Assembly: GCF_009914755.1 (NCBI RefSeq)
Contig: NC_060936.1
DNA length: 64,000 bases
Strand: one strand, 5' to 3'
Source: the human T2T-CHM13v2.0 reference genome, Homo sapiens
Shown here: positions 55,142 through 64,000 of the stretch, piece after piece
How the letters are laid out: each line of letters begins with the position of its first letter
Numbering within the stretch: position 1 is the stretch's first letter
Program-made: the position numbers and the translations under genes
The notes under the pieces: model-generated
Databases searched by the model: none
What the model saw: only the letters and a program-made list of their open reading frames with translations
What the model was told of the DNA's origin: nothing

Positions 55142-56435
55142 TATTGTTTCCTCTTCAGCTTAAAGGCTATGTAACAGAGAAACCCCAATGTAGGAGAATT
55201 TAGGGACTAAGGAACTTAGTCATTATGAAACAGGTTAGGATGAGAAGCACCAGGATTTAGGCTGAGCCTATGAAAGTATTTTCTAAGTTCAATAAAGTAA
55301 AACTATAAGAATACTCCATCTGAATATTCAATGTTCTTTTGATTTTGTGATTCAGAAGGTCCTAAATCACTATTATTCTTAAGTCACAACTTGTAGTGCC
55401 TTGTGATTCTGGGATTCTTCAGGTCAGATCAGAGTAGCGGGAAAGGTTTTAAGATTAAAGGCAGGGCCACTGTGGGGTGGGGTTAATTAGAAAATATTTC
55501 TTTGGGGAAATGAATCATTATCAAGCTATGTAAAAAGCATGGTATTTACACTGGCGGAAAGGTTGGGGTGGACCACTGCATTTCAGAGATATGAGCAGAG
55601 GCATAGAAGGGACACGTAGGGACCACACACAGTCTAGCTGTTGCTATGGGGCAATAGTGAAAGTAGCGAGGGATGAAGTCAGAGGCTGAGGTATAATGAG
55701 AGCATTTGATGGAGGGATCTGAATTTTGTTTTTCCTTTTTTTAAAGATTTCATTATTCCCTCTTACTTTTACTATATTGCCCATAATTATAATCGTTTTA
55801 TTAGATATAAGTAAAACTCAAAATTCTACCACCTTAACACATAAGTAATTTTTATTTCCTGCGTTCCCTTGTGTTCCTTATGTATATTCATACATATTCT
55901 TGAATAGTTGTAATCGCAGTGAGAGTGTAATTTCAATGTGATCTTTTCACTTAAAATTAGTTTGATTCATCACTTCATAACTGCCTACACTGTGTTAGTG
56001 TGCGTACATGTTTATTTAATAATTTCTGTACAATGAATCTGGAATGTATAATGATTTACCGGTTAATACGATTGCATTTTACTAAAGAGATATTCTGCTG
56101 AAACTGAGAAATCAAGATGAATACAAGAATTAAAATAATAATTGCTGCCGCTATTTACTGAGCTCAATTACTAAGCTTTTATTGTATGTCAGAAACTTTT
56201 ATGTACAGTGCTTCTAATCTATATAACATTATCACTTGTGGTATTACGTTCATGTTATAGGTGAGAAAGATGGGCACAAAAATATTTTACCCAAAGATAC
56301 TTTTCCACTACACCATTCTTTTGTTTTCTGTCTTACCAGGTATTCCTGTTTGTTTTATTCTGCAGTGTTTACCTTCCTACACCACACGTTTTCATCTTTT
56401 TTGGTTTCTGGAGCTTTTAGACATTGGTGTCATAA

Positions 56436-56786
<351 letters not shown>

Positions 56787-56838
56787 TAAGGGGGCTTAAC
56801 ACCCCAGCCATTTTTATTTTGTTTTATTTTAATTTTTA

Positions 56839-57396
<558 letters not shown>

Positions 57397-57714
57397 TTAG
57401 CTTATAACTGAGGTGCTTTTGACTATTGGAAAAGGAAAGAAAGGTTACTCCATTGAAAGCCTGTCACATGAGAACCGTGGCTTATGTTCACGTTCTAACT
57501 TCTTTTTTTTTTTTTTTTTTTTTTTTTGAGACAGAGTCTCGCTCTGTCACCAAGGCTGGAGTGCAGTGGCATGATCTCGGCTCACTGCAACCCCTGCCTC
57601 CTGGGTTCAAGCGATTCTCCTGCCTGAGTCTCCCATGCAATTGGGATTACAGGCGCACGCCACATTTTTGTACTTCTAGTAGAGACAGGGTTTCATCATA
57701 TTGGCCAGGCATCA

Positions 57715-58098
<384 letters not shown>

Positions 58099-58203
58099 TT
58101 ATATGGAAAGAGGAAACCGTCTTCAAAGAAAAAAAGGCGTCTGCATTGGCTTTGCTTGAATTTTTGCTTGGTTGGTTAGTGGAATTAGAATGAATAGGTT
58201 TTA

Positions 58204-58320
<117 letters not shown>

Positions 58321-61300
58321 CTATAATTTTTTTTTTTTTTTAAATTAGCCAAGTGTGGTAGCACACACCTTTAATCCTAGCTACTCAGGAAGCTGAGCAG
58401 GAGGATTGCTTGAGCCCAGGAGGTCAAGGATGCAGTGAGCTATGATTACACCACTGCATTCCAGCCTGGGTGACAGAGCAAGACCCTGTCTTAAAAAAAA
58501 AAAAAAATCGTCCAGGTACAGCGGTTCATGCCTGTAATCCTAGTACTTTGGGAGGCTGATGTGGATGGATCGCTTGAGCTCAGGAGTTTGAGACCAGCCT
58601 GGGCAACATGGTGAAACCCCCATCTCTACAAAAAATGTAAAAAATTAGCTGGGCATGGTAGCTCGTGCCTGTAGTCCCAGCTACTTAGAGGGCTGAGGCG
58701 GGAGGATTGCTTGAGCCCAGGAGGCGGAGGTTGGCAGTGAGTCTTGATGGTGCCACTGTACTCCAGCCTGGGCGACAGTGAGACCCTGTCTCAAAAAAAA
58801 AAAAAAAAAAAAGATTCTAAGTTTTGAGCAAATAAAATTGTGTACAAATGTTTTCTGACAGTATTATTGAATGGTTTTGACTATTATCCCTTGAAATAAT
58901 TGACCTGTGGAATTGTCAAGAGTTGTGTTTCCATTTTAATATTATTTTTCCAATGCAACAGTTATAAACAAATAATTAACAATTTTTTGGTACCAATGAA
59001 TTATTGAAGGCAAGAGCTAGAATCTCTAACTGCATGTTAGATAGCTGTATATTAATTAGAGGACTTGCTTCAAATGATAGACACAATTTGTGTTAGAGAT
59101 ATCAATGGGGATGCTTCAGTAACAGCTATTCTGAGCAACTAAATTATGCAAAAGCTTTAGGATAAATTGGGTGGGTGCAGTGGCTCATGCCTGTAATCCC
59201 AGGCAGGCAGATCACTTGAAGCCAGGAGTTTGAGACCAGCCTGGCAACATACCAAAACCCCATCTCTGCTAAAAATAGAAAAATTAGCTGGGCGTGGTGC
59301 CACGTGCCCATAGTCCCAGCTACTTGGGAGGCTGAGGCAGGAGAATCACTTGAACCCAGGAGGCAGAGATTGCCATGAGCCAACATCATGCTATTGTACT
59401 CCAGAGCGAGACTCCATCTCAAAAAAAAGAAAAAAAAAAAACACATCTTATAGAATAAGTCGAGCAAATGTGAACATGGTAAGGAAGTCCTGAAAAGGAA
59501 GGAAGGAAATATAGAACATTTAGTTACCAGTCTTTTTCTTTAGTAGCAGGAAGCAGTCATCCAAATCTATCTTTCATGATTGAAGAAAGGATATGGAAAT
59601 TCTCAACACTGAATAAGGCCCAGGCTTAATAAGAACTAGTGTTGTTCCAAACAGGTTCCCAGCAATATTTAGCTGAATTTCATTAGCAGTTTTAGAATCT
59701 AGTCTGCCAGATGCTTGGTGCTTATTATGGCATATTTCCATTCAAGAAAGCCTTGAGAGAAGCTTAGTACCCTGAGGTATTGGAGTGAGCAAGGTAATAG
59801 AGAGTCTGAATGAGCCTTTCATCACTCTCTGGGAGGACTCATTGCTTGCCTTTCTGGCATCTAAAAACCATTACCTCACACCACAGGTACTTTTGAACCT
59901 CTTGGCCACACATACATACTGGAACCATTGTTTAGCTCAGAAACAGATGGAAAACTTTAGCTTAAGTTTCTGTGTTAAAAGTTGTGTTACAATAGATTAT
60001 TGTTTTTAATTGTAAAAAATGCCTATGTTGTTATCCTTACACCTAACCTACTTTCCACTTTGAACTTGTCCCACCTTCTCCATTTATTTTGTGATGCCAA
60101 CATTTCACTAACTTTTTATTATTAAAACTTTCAGATATATAGAAAAGTTGAAAGGATGGTACAATGACAGTGTATTTGCTGTGTGTGTGTATAATATTTT
60201 GGTGGAACCATTTGGAATTTGCAGATGTAGATGACATGTCACCCCTAAATGCTTTAGCATAAATAACCTAAAAATAGGTCATTCTTCTATACAACTATAA
60301 TGCCATTATATAATTTACTTTTTTGATGTGCTTTTAATAAGAAATTTACTATTAAATTTTGACATTCATTTTTGTATTTTAAAGATGTAAAAATTTTAAT
60401 GGAGAATTATAAGTGCTGATCAACCTTTTCTCTGAGAAATATATCAGCATCAGTTAACTAGTAGATTCTCTTGTTTAACCCTGGGCTGACATCATAGGAC
60501 TTTTCACTAGATGTTATCAATAGATGGCAACATGACAAACAACAAACAAAAAGAAACAGAAGTTCTTACTGCTTTTCATTGTTTTTTGGCATGAAAACAT
60601 AAGCTAATATATGTATTTTAATTTTAATTTTTGTGGGTACATGGTAGCTGGATATATTATAAGCTAGTTTTTTTTTAATGGAGGGGTTATATGGTTGTCC
60701 ATGCACAGTCCTATGAATTTCTTGTGATCACCGAGTTAATCAAAAACAAAGTTTATTTAAATGAACACTAGTGATTCTCACAGGGAAAAAAAAATGCTAT
60801 CAGAATGTACTAGCACAAATTTCCACAAAAAAGCCTGATTGTGTTGATGCAGACCTTGCTAAAAGTGTCATCTGACATTCTACTTCTCATAATAGATTGT
60901 AAGCTGCAAAAGGCTTACTTGTTTGCTGTAGTCTTTTAATAAATATTTTACAAGCTTTGTCAGAGAAAAAGGATTTGTCATCTGATGGACACAGCGTCTG
61001 CATCTTAAGGTGATTTGGCAACATAAGAGAGGTAATGTCAAACTGTAGGCCTGGCAGCTCCTGTCTCAGTTGTGCTTTTGTTTTGTCTTTTAGGTATTCC
61101 AATGCTGCTAGAGTTCTTGGAGCAAAATATTGCCAAGGTTTGGGAAATGCTTTCTTAGCAAAGTATTGCTACCCCACAATAATTGTATCTTCTCTCCAGT
61201 TTGATGCTTTTGGATTAATATGTCAACCAAATTTGTTTAGTTACAAGTCTGTTTATTAACATCATGCGTAACGATTATCAAACCTATGTTCTCTGGCACT

Positions 61301-61439
61301 TCCCTATAAAAGATTTGCTCCTTGAGGAAATGACCCTGCCTTAGACATTTTTGTATGTCTCACACTATAGTCTCCACATTAACTACTTTGTGCTAACATA
61401 ACTATGTATTGAGCTAAATTGAATTAGAGCGAGAGAGAA

Positions 61440-61442
<3 letters not shown>

Positions 61443-61472
<30 letters not shown>
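61443..61472 (+). repeat. (GT)15 microsatellite preceded by (GA)n
   Basis: Read directly; (UG)n in the pre-mRNA. Confidence 0.95.
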
Positions 61473-61475
<3 letters not shown>

Positions 61476-62173
61476 AGTGTGATTACAACCAGAAACAAGA
61501 GTGGAACTTTTATTTACCCTGTAGTTATATTCCCCTTCAAAAGGAGAAATCAGAATGAACTCCAAATTTGAAGAAAGTTGGAACATTGCATGTTTGTGCA
61601 AGTATTAACATTCTAGATTTTTTTTTCTTTTTGCCACCACAAAGCAAAACCGATATGGTAAGGAAAATTATTTTCATCCAGAGGTTGAATACTAGGGTAC
61701 TACTGTCTCCTTATACATTGAAGGCTGTGGGCTCTTTTATAACAACATGGAAAAGCTTTATGTGCCTATAAACCATTTATATTTGCAGTGGAAAAAATTC
61801 TAATTGCCTATTTAATGTTCTTTTTCTGTAAAAAGCCTACCAGAAATCTGTAATTCCATCCTTCCTAGTTACTATTATGTGTTTCTCAGAAACTAGCACA
61901 CTATATGTCTATCTTTTGACTACTTTGCATTCTAAGTACTAAAATGTAAGTGGACTTGGTGCAACCAAGGTCAGCTGTTGAAGACATACAAGTCCTAATC
62001 ATGGATAAATTTACTATGCCCTAGTGGGGATATTGCTTGGTAAAAATTAATTAGATGCAAGGCCATCAAATTTTATAGACCAAAATATAAATATAAAAAG
62101 TATGAGTACAGGCCGGGCGCGGTGGCTCACACCTGTAATCCCAGCACTTTGGGAGGCCGAGGCGGGCGGATCA

Positions 62174-62388
<215 letters not shown>

Positions 62389-62789
62389 TCAAAAAAAAAA
62401 AAAAAGTATGTGAGTACATACATGGTTAAGTAAGTAATTTCCACACGGACTTTTGCTTTAGCACAGCTTACTAAAAAATGTGTTTTGTAGCTTGCTACTG
62501 CCATCTGCTGGTTCTCAACTCTTAGACGTCTACAATTGGTGTACTGCTGCAATGTACCAATATTGCAATATAAAAGGGAATTGGGTCTATTTATTTTATT
62601 TATGGGAAAATCTTAAAATATTCTTTGTTGAGAGTAAGACATCAGAATTTGTATGTGATCCATACAATATTATTTTTTAGTATGCTTTTAGCAAACAAAC
62701 TCACTGGTCTTTCTTTACTATTAATAATGTGCTAATTTTGTATTTGAGTTTCTGATCAAACTTTTTATTCCTTTGTCATCTTTTCCTAG

Positions 62790-62848
62790 TTTAATGGATC
62801 GAGAAGTGGCGTTGCTTGCTGAAATGGACAAAGTGAAAGCTGAAGCAA
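62790..62848 (+). CDS. SPATS2: SPATS2 coding exon 8 (LMDREVALLAEMDKVKAEA); gene continues beyond the window
   Basis: Acceptor tcttttcctAG, donor A|gtaag; 59 nt; phase 2 entry matches the previous exon; cumulative 898. Confidence 0.95.
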
Positions 62849-64000
62849 GTAAGATGATTGATCTTTAATTAAAGCTATTACCTTCATAAATAGTAGGTAC
62901 CTACTTCCCAACCCTTATAACAAAAGTTCCATATAAATACCATAATAAGAGTTTATATATTTAAATAATCTTAAGCAGTTGCACTGTACTGGCATATGAA
63001 TCCTTTCAGGTGAAATAACTTTAAAGAGCCTGTTTTAAAAATATTTCCAAATCTTAATATTTTGAATGCAGAGTTCAGTGTATAAGAGACTGCATCACGG
63101 TATCTGCCACCAGGTTTTTATTTTATTTTGTTTCTTCCTCTAGTGTTTAAGCAATTCCACTGGGATTTTTTCTACTTGGAAAAAAACCTTTAGCATAATC
63201 AGAGAAGACTTCATTAGGTTGCCTACGATTGTATGTGTATACTCCTATCATTACCTATCTCAGAACTTTCTTTGTTTTCTCAGTTTATAGAACAGTCTTC
63301 ACTCAGTGTCTGTTATCAATGGGTAGGGGAAAAGTTAGAGAATTGAGGGTTCAAGATACCAGGTTTCTTGAAAGCTTACTAAAATAGATTCTGGAGGAAT
63401 GAAGTCTAACTTTGGTGATTTGTGGGGTTTTGTACAGAAAAAACAGATACCTATTTTTTGATCATTTCTGTTAAGTGTTAGGTTAAACATACACAGCTAC
63501 ACGAAGACAAGGGAATACCAACTGCAACTTGTACAATGGCATTGATTTGAGGCATTTCGGTGGCAGGTTTTATCTTCCTGCATTGAACGCCAGATTAATT
63601 ATTAGGAAAGTTGTTTATTTTAACCCACCCCCAAACTGGTAAGAATAGAAATGCTGGGCTAGGTCGAGATCATGACTCACAGTTAAATCACTTGTGTGTG
63701 TGGTCACGGGCCAGAGGATGCAGCTTTGAAGCACTGAAATGACTTCAGCTTTGGTCCATTTTAACTTGAAAATTTGAGAATGTAGCAGAGATGCCTTCCA
63801 CTGTTTTTCAGAGGTGAGATTTCATTACATTGAGCAATATATTTTGAGTTTCTAAATTTGACATTTCAGTCCATTATTTTATCTGTATATTCTCTTTTTG
63901 AAAATGGAAATGCAGATAAACTAAAACCACTAAGAAGACATATTTCTTAGTTTTGAGAAGAAGGTCCTTTTAGGCCAGGCGTGGTGGCTCACGCATATAA

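Noticed and set aside
58321-58350. Poly(T) in an Alu linker
   Set aside because: Expansion of the T residues common in AluJ linkers, not an inversion.

Overview
Human-type (great-ape) genomic DNA, very Alu-dense, lying inside the SPATS2 gene (spermatogenesis-associated serine-rich 2, DUF1387 family) on the + strand. Eight GT-AG coding exons can be read directly: 8996-9263 (243 nt of 5'UTR, ATG at 9239), 32802-32881, 37678-37786, 38895-38944, 42954-43215, 45046-45222, 48296-48431 and 62790-62848. Their phases chain without a break into 898 nt of CDS (MSRKQNQKDSSGFIFDLQ...MDKVKAEA). The promoter, upstream UTR exons and 3' exons lie outside the window. Introns hold about 80 Alus, old L1/L2/MIR pieces, solo LTRs (LTR15, LTR27/28-like, LTR1, MER52, LTR33, THE1, MST/MLT1) and DNA transposons (MER85, MER47A, Tigger4a). 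Almost every ORF in the supplied track is an Alu or LTR artefact. The most interesting signal is the translation-initiation layout of the first coding exon: an 8-codon uORF hides two AUGs of a long out-of-frame ORF. After splicing this ORF is 104 codons, and its UGA overlaps the in-frame SPATS2 Met32 AUG (AUGA). Other leads: a stop-free, in-frame 132-nt extension upstream of exon 45046 with a strong-Kozak ATG; PTC-introducing cryptic exon candidates around a (UG)15 tract; a MER85 with an intact CSB-PGBD3 palindrome; and a 33-nt templated insertion copied from a nearby THE1 junction. Repeat family names are from memory of consensus sequences and repeat boundaries are approximate.
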